64,000 nucleotides of DNA from an uncultured Gammaproteobacteria bacterium (GCA_947259975.1 CAMYOD010000077.1:81999-145998); one strand, 5' to 3'; counted from the first letter of the stretch, positions 49,409 to 60,163 are shown. Numbers and translations are program-made. Notes: a model not told the origin generated them from the sequence alone.

Positions 49409-52189
49409 ATGCACGAACTGATTTGGAAAATGGAATCAGCCTGGCCCCAGACGATCGAGGTCGGCCGGGGCAGCGTGATCGCGGCAAAAGGTTACTGCTT
49501 TTTTGTCAACGGGCCACTACGAGAACTCACCCTTATGCTCGGATCGCAGCGCCACTCGATCGCTTCGATCGGTGAGCCGCGCGACGATGTGTTTCAGGCC
49601 TACGTGGGGCTTGACCAAGAGGGATACAGCCGTCTGTCAGGATTCTGGGACACCATTCCGCTTTCGGCGGACCTGTGTGGGCAGACCCTGCCGGTTGCGC
49701 TCGAGGCAACAGATACGCATGGCGATAGGGCGCGAGTTGAGTTGGGCGAGCACAGCTTCGTGGCGCGCGCCGACGTCGAGAAACCCGATTTTGCCGCCAA
49801 ATCAGGGCCAGATTCAGGCGTGGCGATATGTATGGCGACCTATGAGCCGGATCTCGAGGCCTTCGCGCGTCAAATTGATTCGATTTTGGCGCAGACCCAT
49901 GACAACTGGATTTGTATCGTCAATGACGATGGCTCCACGCCGGACAGATATGCTCGGATCAAGGAGCTGTGCGGCAAGGATCCAAGGTTTTTCGTATACC
50001 AAAACACGAACAACCAGGGTTTTTATCGCAATTTCGAGACCTGCCTCAAGCGTGTTCCCGATACAATATCGTTCGTGGCGCTAGCCGATCAGGATGATTA
50101 TTGGTATCCGGAAAAATTGCAGCGCTGTTTGGAACGGTTCGATAGTGAGACCCAGCTCGTCTATTCGGACATGCGTATCATCGACGAAAATGGCAGCGTG
50201 ATTTCGGATACCTATTGGAAGCGGCGCAAAAACAACTATACGAAACTCGACGTCCTTTTAATCGCCAATACCATTACCGGCGCGGCATCGATGTTTCGTG
50301 CCGCACTTATCGACCAGCTGATCCCCTTTCCTGAGCGTATTGGACATAGCTTCCATGATCATTGGATCGGCTTGGTCGCACTCGCGACTGGGCGAATCGA
50401 ATACATCGACGAGCCCCTCTATGACTATATCCAGTACGAGGACAGCGTCATCGGTCATTGCGATTTCGCCCCGGTTACCGTGCAACGGCGGATGCGAGGC
50501 GTGGCGCGGTGGGTGGGGAAGTTGGCAGGCGCCATTGCGCGTCGAATGCGGCGTGGCCTGGCCTTCGGGCGTATCAAGGAGAATGTTCTCTTTCTTCGGG
50601 ATCGTCTTGTCGACATCTATGAACATGAGTACCGGCGCTTGCAGTTGCTTGGCGAGGTATTACAAATACGCACCGGAGCAAGCGACGGCAAAGCGGAACG
50701 TTTTCGTAACCTTTTCAGCGGCCGCAGCAGCACGATGCTTGCGTTGTTAGGCGCACATACGCGCATCTGGTTCCAGCGCGAGACGACTAACGATGCCGAA
50801 TTACGTCTACTCTTGGCCTACATAACCTATCGAATGAATCGATTTGTTGTGCGCATCGCGCGGCCGCGCTACGTACGAAAATCGCAAGCGCTTCTCGAAG
50901 CTGATGCACGAAACAACGCGCAAGTCGTGGATTTTCTACGCGCAAAGATTGCGCCTTTAGTTCTTGATATTCAGGAGACCCAACCCCGTCGAATAAACAT
51001 TATTGTGCCTGAGGTAAAATTTGACGTGCTTTTCGGCGGTTATCTCGGCAAGCTTAATTTGGCGCGACGTCTTATCGAAGAAGGCCATCGTGTGCGCATG
51101 CTGGTGGTGGATGATTGCGAGATCGATCCGGCAGCACTGAACCGGCTGGGCCTATTGGACCCGAGGTTGAGTTCTGCCTTATGCCGGCTTGAGATACAGG
51201 CTTGTTATGATCGTACGCAGACGATAGGGATGCATCCGCGGGATGTGTTGGTGGCCACCACCTGGTGGACGGCGCATATTGCTCACGCGGCACTCCAGCA
51301 CCTGACGGCGGAGCGTTTTCTGTATTTGATCCAGGAGTATGAGCCGTTTACATCCCCCCTGGGAACCTACTATTCATTGGCCGAGCAATCCTATCGGTTG
51401 CCGCATCATGCTTTGTTCTCGTCGCAAATTCTTCGAGATTTCTTTGCCGAACAGGGTATTGGCGTATTTGCAGATGACTCTGGAACGGATGCGCGGCAGG
51501 CAGCCTTTGAAAATGCGGTTACGGCACCGTCGGTGAGTGTCGAGAAGCTCGCCAGCCACAAACAAAAACGTCTTCTGTTCTATGCCCGTTCAGGCACGCA
51601 TGCGGCGCGCAATCTCTTTGAGATTGGCGTCCTCGGCCTCGAAAAGGCGATCGCGGAAGGCACGTTTCCTGCCGACGAATGGGAATTCTGGGCGATGGGC
51701 AGCACCTACGGTGAGCTGCCGTTGGCAGACGGGCGAACGCTTAAGATGGTAGGTAAGCTGGCGCTGGACGAATATCACAAGCAATTGGCTGAGTTTGATC
51801 TGGGTATGAGCCTGATGTACACACCCCACCCAAGCTTGGTGCCAATTGAAATGGCTGCCGCGGGACTCGTGGTGGTCACGACTAACTGTATGAACAAGAC
51901 GGAGGAGCGCTTGCGCGACATTTCGCAGAATATTCTTGGTGTCGACGCGACCGTAGAGGCTGTCGCCGCGGGCCTGCGGGCGGCCGCCGCGCGGGTGCCG
52001 GATCTTGAGGCGCGTGTGGCGGGCGCACATGTAAACTGGTCCACCCGCTGGGAGGCTACATTTCCCAAACCTTTGATCGACGATGTTTTGGGATGGTTTA
52101 GCGCCGCGACGATCGATATGGCGAACACACCTGAAATCTCCGCGGAAGCTGGTCCGCAAGACATCACCGGTTCGGCCGTTGGCGAGTGA
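49409..52189 (+). CDS. GT2 + WsaF-like GT4 bifunctional glycosyltransferase
   Basis: GT2 part: MATYE, DDGS, LADQDD, HDHW. WsaF-like part: ATTWWTA, YLIQEYEP, FYAR, RNLFE, PHPSLVPIEMAAAG. Confidence 0.85.
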   Translation: MHELIWKMESAWPQTIEVGRGSVIAAKGYCFFVNGPLRELTLMLGSQRHSIASIGEPRDDVFQAYVGLDQEGYSRLSGFWDTIPLSADLCGQTLPVALEATDTHGDRARVELGEHSFVARADVEKPDFAAKSGPDSGVAICMATYEPDLEAFARQIDSILAQTHDNWICIVNDDGSTPDRYARIKELCGKDPRFFVYQNTNNQGFYRNFETCLKRVPDTISFVALADQDDYWYPEKLQRCLERFDSETQLVYSDMRIIDENGSVISDTYWKRRKNNYTKLDVLLIANTITGAASMFRAALIDQLIPFPERIGHSFHDHWIGLVALATGRIEYIDEPLYDYIQYEDSVIGHCDFAPVTVQRRMRGVARWVGKLAGAIARRMRRGLAFGRIKENVLFLRDRLVDIYEHEYRRLQLLGEVLQIRTGASDGKAERFRNLFSGRSSTMLALLGAHTRIWFQRETTNDAELRLLLAYITYRMNRFVVRIARPRYVRKSQALLEADARNNAQVVDFLRAKIAPLVLDIQETQPRRINIIVPEVKFDVLFGGYLGKLNLARRLIEEGHRVRMLVVDDCEIDPAALNRLGLLDPRLSSALCRLEIQACYDRTQTIGMHPRDVLVATTWWTAHIAHAALQHLTAERFLYLIQEYEPFTSPLGTYYSLAEQSYRLPHHALFSSQILRDFFAEQGIGVFADDSGTDARQAAFENAVTAPSVSVEKLASHKQKRLLFYARSGTHAARNLFEIGVLGLEKAIAEGTFPADEWEFWAMGSTYGELPLADGRTLKMVGKLALDEYHKQLAEFDLGMSLMYTPHPSLVPIEMAAAGLVVVTTNCMNKTEERLRDISQNILGVDATVEAVAAGLRAAAARVPDLEARVAGAHVNWSTRWEATFPKPLIDDVLGWFSAATIDMANTPEISAEAGPQDITGSAVGE

Positions 52190-52253
52190 GATTCGCATGC
52201 GATGCCGGAGCGATCGAAAATCCCGAATTTAACGTGACTAAGGAGCTTAAACC

Positions 52254-53192
52254 TTGGATCTCTCGGTAGTTCTACCCGTTTACAACGAAGCGCCCAACCT
52301 CGATGCATTACACACAGAGTTAACGGATGCGCTGGTGAATATCGGTCTACAGTATGAGATTATTTATGTGGATGATGGCAGCAAAGATGCAAGCTTTTCG
52401 CTTCTAAAAAAGATCAAGGAAAACGATGCCAACGTACGCGTAATCCGGTTTCGGCGCAATTTTGGTCAGACGGCGGCGCTCGCCGCGGGCTTCGATCATG
52501 CCGCCGGCGAGATTATCATTACGTTGGATGCGGATCGTCAAAATGATCCACGGGACATACCCAAGCTGCTCGATAAAATCAAGGAAGGCTATGACCTGGT
52601 CAATGGTTGGCGATTCGATCGCAAGGACCCGTTCCTGAGCCGCAAGCTTCCATCAATGATCGCGAATAAGATCATTTCCACAACCACGGATGTGAAGCTG
52701 AATGATTACGGATGTACCTTGAAGGCGTTTACGAAAGACGTCGCCAAGAATATTGAGTTGTATGGTGAAATGCATCGTTTTATTCCGGCGATCGCCAGCT
52801 GGATGGGTGTTTCGATCGGTGAGGTCAAGGTAAACCATCGGCCGCGTGTGGCCGGGACATCGAAGTATGGTATATCGCGAACACTTCGGGTCGTGTTGGA
52901 TCTTATTACCGTCAAATTCCTTTTAAGTTATTCGGTGCGGCCGCTGCAGTTTTTTGGCCTAATCGGAATTGCGTCGGGAGGCGTTGGGCTACTGATCGCC
53001 TTGTACCTCACAGTACAGAAGTTGTTTTTTGATATGTCGTTGGCGGATCGACCGATCCTTCTATTGGCGGTCTTACTGATATTCATGGGACTCCAGTTCA
53101 TTACCTTTGGCTTGTTGGGCGAGATGCAAACTCGCACGTACCACGAAAGTCAGAACAAGCCGATCTATGTCATTCGCGAAGTGTTAAGTTAG
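52254..53192 (+). CDS. Polyprenyl-phosphate glycosyltransferase (DPM1/ArnC/GtrB-like GT2)
   Basis: VDDGSKD, FRRNFGQTAA, LDADRQNDP, HRFIP, SKY and two C-terminal TMs. AAGGAG RBS before the TTG start. Confidence 0.92.
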   Translation: MDLSVVLPVYNEAPNLDALHTELTDALVNIGLQYEIIYVDDGSKDASFSLLKKIKENDANVRVIRFRRNFGQTAALAAGFDHAAGEIIITLDADRQNDPRDIPKLLDKIKEGYDLVNGWRFDRKDPFLSRKLPSMIANKIISTTTDVKLNDYGCTLKAFTKDVAKNIELYGEMHRFIPAIASWMGVSIGEVKVNHRPRVAGTSKYGISRTLRVVLDLITVKFLLSYSVRPLQFFGLIGIASGGVGLLIALYLTVQKLFFDMSLADRPILLLAVLLIFMGLQFITFGLLGEMQTRTYHESQNKPIYVIREVLS

Positions 53193-53201
53193 CCTTATCT
53201 C

Positions 53202-54191
53202 ATGACTGTTCTTTCGGACGCGCGGGTGGCGGTCATTGTCGTGAACTGGAATTCCGGATCGCTGCTAAAAAAATGCATCACAGCGATTCATCGACAGACG
53301 CGGGCGCCTGCGCATATAACGATTATTGATAACGCCAGCGGCGATGAATCCCTCGCCGCGATAGAAGAAGACTATCCCGACGTACATATCGAGAAGCTCG
53401 AAACGAATGCCGGTTTCGCTGCCGCCAATAATGTAGCCGCGCGAAGTGTTGCAGATTGCGACTGGCTCGCGTTTGTCAATCCGGACGCATTTCTCGAACG
53501 CGAATGGCTCGAAAAAATGTTAACGGCAGCGGCCAGGAATCCTGAGTATGCCTTCTTTGGTTGCCGGCTTGTGCAGTCAGGTTCGCCCGATACGCTGGAC
53601 GGCACGGGAGATGTGTATCACGTTAGCGGACTAGCGTGGCGAAGAGGCTATGGTAACCCGGTGGATACGGCGCCGACGAAAGATCAGGAAATATTTGCAC
53701 CGTGTGCGGCCGCAGCCCTGTACCGGCGGGATGTATTTCTCGCCGCCGGGGGGTTCGATGAGCATTTTTTCTGCTATTTCGAGGACGTCGATCTGGGCTT
53801 TCGGCTGCGCCTTGCGGGCCAGCGTTGCCTATACGTGGCAGGTGCAAGCGCACAGCATGTCGGCTCCGGGACGACTGGCAAGAGTAGTGATTTCTCGGTC
53901 TATTACGGCCATCGCAACCTTGTCTGGACCTTCGTGAAGAATATGCCCGGGCTCTGGTTTTGGGCCTATTTGCCGCAGCATATAATCCTTAATATAGTCA
54001 GCGCCTTGGTTTACTCGGCGCGGGGCAAAGCAAAGGTCATATTGCGCGCGAAGCGAGACGCGATCCTGGGTCTGGCCTGGGCGTGGCGTGCGCGGCGGCA
54101 GCTGCAGTCGCAGCAGCGCGGTGAACCAGCAATACTCCGGCGTGTAATGCTTAAAGGCTTTTTCCGCCCCTACGTGAGGCGACATGTCTAA
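53202..54191 (+). CDS. Glycosyltransferase family 2
   Basis: DNASGD, NAGFAAANN, NPDA and FFCYFEDVDLGFR motifs. Confidence 0.92.
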   Translation: MTVLSDARVAVIVVNWNSGSLLKKCITAIHRQTRAPAHITIIDNASGDESLAAIEEDYPDVHIEKLETNAGFAAANNVAARSVADCDWLAFVNPDAFLEREWLEKMLTAAARNPEYAFFGCRLVQSGSPDTLDGTGDVYHVSGLAWRRGYGNPVDTAPTKDQEIFAPCAAAALYRRDVFLAAGGFDEHFFCYFEDVDLGFRLRLAGQRCLYVAGASAQHVGSGTTGKSSDFSVYYGHRNLVWTFVKNMPGLWFWAYLPQHIILNIVSALVYSARGKAKVILRAKRDAILGLAWAWRARRQLQSQQRGEPAILRRVMLKGFFRPYVRRHV

Positions 54192-57141
54192 ACCTGATCT
54201 GATTTCCGTCATTATCGTCAATTTCAACGGTGGCGCGCTCCTGACGGAGAGCGTGCGCTCGGTATTGGCCTCTGATGTCCCGGTTGAGGTTTTGGTGATT
54301 GACAATGCCTCGACGGACAACAGCATTTACGCATTACGGCAATCGCTGGCCGATGAGGAGCGGCTGTCAATCCTGGAAAATCAAAGTAATCTCGGATTTG
54401 CATCAGCCAATAATATCGCCGCGCCGCACACGAAAGGAGATTACCTGCTGTTCCTGAATCCGGACTGCATAATCGGGCAGGACACGATCGCACAGATGGT
54501 TGAGATTATGGACGCCCACCCCAAGGCCGGGATGGCGGGCAGCCTGATTCTTAATGTCGACGGCACGGAGCAAAAGGGGTGTCGACGCCGGGTGCCGACA
54601 CCATGGCGTACATTTGTACGCGTCATGGGGATCTCAAAACTGCTGCCGGACCATCCCTGGTTCAGCGATTTCGATATGGCAAGCCGCCCCCTGCCGGACT
54701 CGCCTGTGCCCGTGGATGCGATATCCGGGTCCTTCATGTTTGTCCGGCGTTCCGCCATGGAGGCCGTGGGACCGATGGATGAGGCCTACTTTCTTCACTG
54801 TGAAGATCTCGATTGGTGCATGCGATTTCGGCAGCAGGGTTATGACGTCCTGTTTGTACCGGGTGTGGCGGTCACCCATTACAAAGGTGTGTGTGGCCGC
54901 GATCGACCTATCCGTGTCATGTGGCATATGCATAGCGGAATGGTCCGATTTTATCGAAAGTTTTTCCGCTATAAATACTCGATCGCGCTCATGTGGCTGG
55001 TGTTTGCCGCGGTATGGGGCCGATTTGTGGCCTTGGCCACACTCACCAACCTGCGTCGCCTGATTCCAATTCCAACGCGCGCCGCCGCCATGCAGCAGGC
55101 TCTGAGCTTTCCCGAGCCGGCGTTTTTGCGTGCTCAGTCGGCAAAGGCAACAGGCTCACCCGCACGAGGTAGCGAAGGCAGAATCCTGGTAAGTGGGGCG
55201 AGCAGCCAGATCGGCCACTTTTTAGTGCCGAAGTTATTCGAACAACGATTTGATGTGGTGGCGCTTGGTAGGCGCCGCAAACGCGTGCCGATCGACCAAC
55301 GCGTGGAGTGGCGGCAGGCGGATTTAAGTGATGCACAGCTTTCGATCGACAGCCCTGTGCGCACATCCAGTATGATACATCTGGCACCAATCTGGCTATT
55401 ACCGCAACATGTTACGATGCTCGCCGAGCAGGGCGTGCAGCGTATTGTCGCTTTCAGTTCCACCAGCCGATATTCCAAAAGCGATTCGCCTAACACAAAA
55501 GATAACCATCTGGCCCATCGTCTTGAGCAAGCCGAGGCTGAGTGCATCAAGGCCTGCGACGATAACAACGTAAATCTTACGATCCTGCGTCCAACCCTGG
55601 TTTACGGCTGCGGAATGGATAAGAATGTCACTTTCATTGCGCGATTTGCCCGATTGTTTGGATTCTTTCCATTGGCGGGTGCGGCGAACGGGTTGAGGCA
55701 GCCCGTGCATGCCGATGATCTCGCGCAGGCGGCGTTATCGGCGCTGTCGGAGCCCGTGACCTTCAAACGTTCCTATAACTTGAGTGGCGGTGAGACGCTC
55801 AGTTACCGGCGAATGGTTGAAGATATCTTCCTGGCGCTCGGTCGAACACCGCGTTTCCTCGAATTGCCGATCGCATGGCTTGGTGCTGGCCTAAAGGCCC
55901 TGGCCAATATACCGCGCTTCGCGTTTGTGACCGACGCAATGGCACAGCGTATGAACGAGGATCTTTGTTTTGATCACTCGGATGCGACGCGTGATTTTGG
56001 TTATCTGCCACGACGTTTCCTCGGCGGCGCCCGGATTGTGAACGATACGGCTTCCCTGGTTCATCCGACGCCCAATCAACCGATTGCGGGCAAGACCGTA
56101 CTCGTCACCGGTGCGAGCGGGTTTATAGGTTCCGCGCTTTGCGATGAATTGCTGAAACGCGGTGCTAGGGTGATTGGAGTCGTACGCTCGATGGAGGCTT
56201 CAAGGGCCGTATCGTCGGGGGTCGATCTGAGAGTCGTGGCGGATATTTCCAACAATGTGGCCTGGGCATCGTATCTGCAGGGCGTCGATTGCATCATTCA
56301 CCTTGCGGCGTTCGTGCATGAGACGCCTACCGGCCCCCTGGTCGCGGCACAAAAACAGTATCAAAGCCTTAATGTCGACGCGACTGAATGCCTGGCACAG
56401 GCGGCCGTACAAGCGGGCGTAACGAGGTTCATATACATTAGTAGTGTCAAGGTGCATGGTGAAAAGACGGAACCAGGCGAGGCGTTTTCCGAGGCGAATT
56501 CGCCGGATCCAGTTGGACCCTACGCGGAAAGCAAGCTGTATGCCGAATATGCACTGCGCCGTATTGAGCATGAGCATGGGCTTGAAGTCGTGGTCATGCG
56601 CCCGCCCTTGGTCTACGGACCCGGCGTGAAGGCAAATTTTCTGCGCCTTATTCGATCAATTGAACGCGGCTACCCGTTGCCGCTTGCAAATGTCGAGAAT
56701 CGCCGCAGTTTCGTTTATCTGGGAAATTTGGTGGATATCCTCGCAAATGCCGTCTCTAACCCTGCCGCCGCGGGTGAGACCTTTCTGGTAAGTGACGGTG
56801 AAGACGTGTCCACGCCCCGCCTTATACGAACCATTACCTACTTCTTTGCGCGCGATGCCAAACTTATCCCGGTACCGGTACAGCTGCTGAAGTTGTTGGG
56901 TAATATTAGTGGTGGCACGGCATCCATTAACCGGCTGATCGACTCATTAGTCATCGACAATGGTAAAGCGAAAAGGGTCCTGGATTGGCAGCCGCCTTAC
57001 ACAATGACGCAAGGCCTTGAGCAAACGGTGCAATGGTATACGGAACGGGTTTATCCGTTGAAGAGCCATGCATTTCGTCGCGATAGATCATTCGCGCGGC
57101 AGTATCGGGAGCAGTGGTTCCGTACTCACTCACACACATGA
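54184..57141 (+). CDS. Triple fusion: GT2 + atypical SDR + NAD-dependent epimerase/dehydratase
   Basis: GT2 (NLGFASANN, LNPD, YFLHCEDLD), SDR1 (SGASSQIG, LRPTLVYG, RQPVHADD) and SDR2 (TGASGFIG, YAESK, RPPLVYG) in one 985-aa frame. Confidence 0.85.
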   Translation: MSKPDLISVIIVNFNGGALLTESVRSVLASDVPVEVLVIDNASTDNSIYALRQSLADEERLSILENQSNLGFASANNIAAPHTKGDYLLFLNPDCIIGQDTIAQMVEIMDAHPKAGMAGSLILNVDGTEQKGCRRRVPTPWRTFVRVMGISKLLPDHPWFSDFDMASRPLPDSPVPVDAISGSFMFVRRSAMEAVGPMDEAYFLHCEDLDWCMRFRQQGYDVLFVPGVAVTHYKGVCGRDRPIRVMWHMHSGMVRFYRKFFRYKYSIALMWLVFAAVWGRFVALATLTNLRRLIPIPTRAAAMQQALSFPEPAFLRAQSAKATGSPARGSEGRILVSGASSQIGHFLVPKLFEQRFDVVALGRRRKRVPIDQRVEWRQADLSDAQLSIDSPVRTSSMIHLAPIWLLPQHVTMLAEQGVQRIVAFSSTSRYSKSDSPNTKDNHLAHRLEQAEAECIKACDDNNVNLTILRPTLVYGCGMDKNVTFIARFARLFGFFPLAGAANGLRQPVHADDLAQAALSALSEPVTFKRSYNLSGGETLSYRRMVEDIFLALGRTPRFLELPIAWLGAGLKALANIPRFAFVTDAMAQRMNEDLCFDHSDATRDFGYLPRRFLGGARIVNDTASLVHPTPNQPIAGKTVLVTGASGFIGSALCDELLKRGARVIGVVRSMEASRAVSSGVDLRVVADISNNVAWASYLQGVDCIIHLAAFVHETPTGPLVAAQKQYQSLNVDATECLAQAAVQAGVTRFIYISSVKVHGEKTEPGEAFSEANSPDPVGPYAESKLYAEYALRRIEHEHGLEVVVMRPPLVYGPGVKANFLRLIRSIERGYPLPLANVENRRSFVYLGNLVDILANAVSNPAAAGETFLVSDGEDVSTPRLIRTITYFFARDAKLIPVPVQLLKLLGNISGGTASINRLIDSLVIDNGKAKRVLDWQPPYTMTQGLEQTVQWYTERVYPLKSHAFRRDRSFARQYREQWFRTHSHT

Positions 57142-57217
57142 GAGGCAGAAGTGGTTCGCTTTGATCTCATACCCCCGCTTGCTTTGGTCGGCAAGGAAAC
57201 AAGCTCGATTGATTGAT

Positions 57218-58258
57218 ATGAACCATACCGCCGCATTGGCCGTCGGTATGTGCGTCATCTTTTTGGCCGTGATTGTGATGACGGGTCTTGCGCGAGGTTT
57301 CGCTATCAGGCGTTCATTGCTAGACCTGCCCACGGCGCGCAGCTCACATGGTCTGCCTACGCCCACCGGTGGCGGCCTGATCTTTGCCAGCATGCTGGTT
57401 GGCGGGATGGCGGCTTTGGCGCTGCTGGCCACGCCGGACAGGTCGGTATTGAGCGTGCTCGTGGCCGCGACTTTGAGTCTCGGACTCGTAGGCTGGTTCG
57501 ATGATCACAAAAATCTGACGCCCTGGTTACGTCTTGCGGCCCAGATGGTGGTCGCCGTTGCCGTTATAGCGGTTCTCGGGCCGCTACAGACGGTCAGGAT
57601 CGCCGGCATAGAATGGTCAATCGGCCATTTTGCCTGGCCATTGACGCTGGTCTGGCTCGTCTGGTTCACCAATCTCTATAATTTTATGGACGGTATCGAC
57701 GGTCTGGCGGGAATTCACGCGGTCATCTCGGGTGGCGTGATGGCGCTGTGGTTTGGATATCATGGCGATATCAGTTTGGTGTTGGTTTGCCTGCTAATGG
57801 TGGTCTCGGTATTGGGGTTCCTGGTCTGGAACTGGCCTCCGGCACACCTGTTCATGGGGGATGTCGGGAGCCTGAGTCTCGGCATTCTCCTGGCCAGCCT
57901 GGCGGTCATCGGGATCAATCGGTACGGGTTTTCGTGGTCCGCCTTTCTGGTGCTGCACGGTGTCTTTCTGGCTGATGCGACCATCACCCTGCTGCGCCGC
58001 CTCTTCAGTGGGGAGCGGGTGACCCAGGCGCATCGCTCACATTTCTATCAGCGCGCCATCCAATCCGGACTCACTCACCGCCAGGTTACGGTCGGTATTG
58101 CCGGGGCAACCCTTTTCCTGGGCATGTTTGCCACTTTGGAAGTGTTAGACTACGGCTCACAGGTAATCTGGTCGGCATGCGCGATCGCCCTGTTGGCGGT
58201 ACTGGGTACGATGGTCGTGTGGCGCGAAGCGCGCGCTGGCAGCGCACGCAGCGCTTGA
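57218..58258 (+). CDS. Undecaprenyl-phosphate HexNAc-1-phosphate transferase (WbpL/WecA-like)
   Basis: RSSH..PTPTGGG, GWFDD, NLYNFMDGIDG, FMGDVGS and AHRSHFYQ. Start is ATG 57218. Confidence 0.92.
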   Translation: MNHTAALAVGMCVIFLAVIVMTGLARGFAIRRSLLDLPTARSSHGLPTPTGGGLIFASMLVGGMAALALLATPDRSVLSVLVAATLSLGLVGWFDDHKNLTPWLRLAAQMVVAVAVIAVLGPLQTVRIAGIEWSIGHFAWPLTLVWLVWFTNLYNFMDGIDGLAGIHAVISGGVMALWFGYHGDISLVLVCLLMVVSVLGFLVWNWPPAHLFMGDVGSLSLGILLASLAVIGINRYGFSWSAFLVLHGVFLADATITLLRRLFSGERVTQAHRSHFYQRAIQSGLTHRQVTVGIAGATLFLGMFATLEVLDYGSQVIWSACAIALLAVLGTMVVWREARAGSARSA

Positions 58259-58269
58259 CGCAGTTCATT

Positions 58270-60159
58270 ATGAGCAATCTCAAATACTATTTTCGCCATC
58301 TCAAGAATCGTTGGGTTGTCTTAACGCACGACCTGATAATGATTCCCATCGCGTGGTTGGGCGCCTATTGGTTGCGCTACAATCTTGGGGAGATTCCCGC
58401 ACACTTTTTCGACCAGGCGATTCTTCTCCTGCCGCTTGTAATCACTGTACAGGGTATCGTCTTCGTATTCTTCGGTTTGTACCGCGGCGTATGGCGATTC
58501 GCATCGGTGCCCGATCTGGCGCGAATTGTCAAAGCGGTAATAGCCGGCACCGCGATCGTGGCGATCAGCATCTTTTTCCTGACGCGCCTACTCTATGTTC
58601 CGCGGACGGTCTTCGTTTTTTATGGCCTTCTGTTGCCACTGTTGCTAGGTGGGCCGCGCTTTCTCTATCGCTTGGTTAAGGACCGCGAATTCGGCGCCAC
58701 GCTCGATAAAAAGGCTCTCGTGGTCGGCGCCGGAGCGGCAGGTGAAATGTTGGTGCGCGATCTTTTGCGTAATTCGCCGAAGATTTATCACCCCGTGGGA
58801 TTTCTCGATGACGATCGTCGCAAACTCGGCAAGGAGATCCACGGTGTCCGGGTCATCGGTACCACCGAGGGTTTGAGCCAAATTGTGGAGGAATGGGCTG
58901 TGGACCTCATTCTCCTCGCCGTCCCCAGTGCTACTGCGCAACAGATGCGGAGAATCGTTGAAAAGTGCGAACAAAGTGGCGTGCCGTTCCGCACCTTGCC
59001 GAAAATTCAGGACCTTCTCAGGGGTGATGTCGATATCGGCAAGCTACGCGAAGTGCAAATCGACGATCTCCTGGGGCGTGAGCCGGTATCTCTCGATTGG
59101 CAGGCCATTAGATCCGATCTCAAGGGTAAGTCTATTCTTGTCTCAGGCGGTGGCGGATCGATCGGTGCTGAATTGTGCCGGCAAATCGCGCGCCTCGAAC
59201 CGGATGCGCTTATCATATTTGAGCAAAGCGAGTTTAATCTTTACAGCACCGAGCTTGAGCTCCGACGCGTCCATCCGGATTTGAATCTGCATGCCTGTCT
59301 TGGTGATGTTTGTGATGCGGCGGCGGTTCAGAACGTTTTCGAAACTCATGCACCGGACATCGTGTTTCATGCAGCTGCCTATAAACATGTGCCGATGCTG
59401 GAACACCAGGTTCGTGAGGCCGTGCGCAATAATGTCTTCGGATCGAGAAACGTGGCCAATCAAGCGGACCGATCTGGCTGCGAGACCTTTGTGATGATCT
59501 CCACAGACAAGGCGGTCAATCCACATAACATCATGGGAGTCACCAAGCGGGTCGCCGAAATCTACAGCCAGACCCTGGGTCAGCGCTCAAAGACCCGATT
59601 TATCACCGTCCGTTTCGGAAACGTGTTGGGCTCAGCCGGGAGCGTGATCCCACTGTTTCAAAACCAGATTGCCGCCGGTGGGCCGGTTACCGTAACCGAT
59701 CCAGAGGTTACCCGCTACTTCATGACGATCTCGGAGGCGAGCCAATTGATCCTACAGGCGAGCGTCATGGGGCAGGGTGGTGAGATCTATGTCCTCGATA
59801 TGGGTGAACCGATAAAGATCGCCTATCTGGCGGAACAACTCATTCGTCTCTCCGGCCGGTCACCGAATGATGATATCGAGATCGTGTTTACTGGATTAAG
59901 GCCGGGCGAAAAACGTTACGAGGAGTTATTTCATCCGGACGAGGAAACAACCGATACCGGACATGCCAAGATACTCCTGGCGAAAAGCCGTGACGCGAAA
60001 TGGGACTGGTTGAGCGAGCATTTACAGACTCTCGAGTCGGCATGTTCAGATTTCAATGAAGATGAAATCCTTCGCGTAATTCACGCGTTGGTCCCGGAGA
60101 AATCTTCGCCCGTGGGTGATTCGCGCTCATCTGTTCCGAATCTGGTCAAGCAAGCCTAA
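58270..60159 (+). CDS. Membrane-bound NDP-sugar 4,6-dehydratase (WbpM/CapD/PglF-like)
   Basis: Four N-terminal TMs, GAGAAG, DLLGR, GGGGSIG, HAAAYKHVP, STDKAV, VRFGNVLGS and GLRPGEK motifs. Confidence 0.93.
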   Translation: MSNLKYYFRHLKNRWVVLTHDLIMIPIAWLGAYWLRYNLGEIPAHFFDQAILLLPLVITVQGIVFVFFGLYRGVWRFASVPDLARIVKAVIAGTAIVAISIFFLTRLLYVPRTVFVFYGLLLPLLLGGPRFLYRLVKDREFGATLDKKALVVGAGAAGEMLVRDLLRNSPKIYHPVGFLDDDRRKLGKEIHGVRVIGTTEGLSQIVEEWAVDLILLAVPSATAQQMRRIVEKCEQSGVPFRTLPKIQDLLRGDVDIGKLREVQIDDLLGREPVSLDWQAIRSDLKGKSILVSGGGGSIGAELCRQIARLEPDALIIFEQSEFNLYSTELELRRVHPDLNLHACLGDVCDAAAVQNVFETHAPDIVFHAAAYKHVPMLEHQVREAVRNNVFGSRNVANQADRSGCETFVMISTDKAVNPHNIMGVTKRVAEIYSQTLGQRSKTRFITVRFGNVLGSAGSVIPLFQNQIAAGGPVTVTDPEVTRYFMTISEASQLILQASVMGQGGEIYVLDMGEPIKIAYLAEQLIRLSGRSPNDDIEIVFTGLRPGEKRYEELFHPDEETTDTGHAKILLAKSRDAKWDWLSEHLQTLESACSDFNEDEILRVIHALVPEKSSPVGDSRSSVPNLVKQA

Positions 60160-60163
60160 GCTC

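Noticed and set aside
15112-60163. Extended N-termini in the ORF track (for example 15112, 43123, 57068, 58177, 60116)
   Set aside because: They overlap upstream genes. Downstream starts match family N-termini and stop/start coupling.
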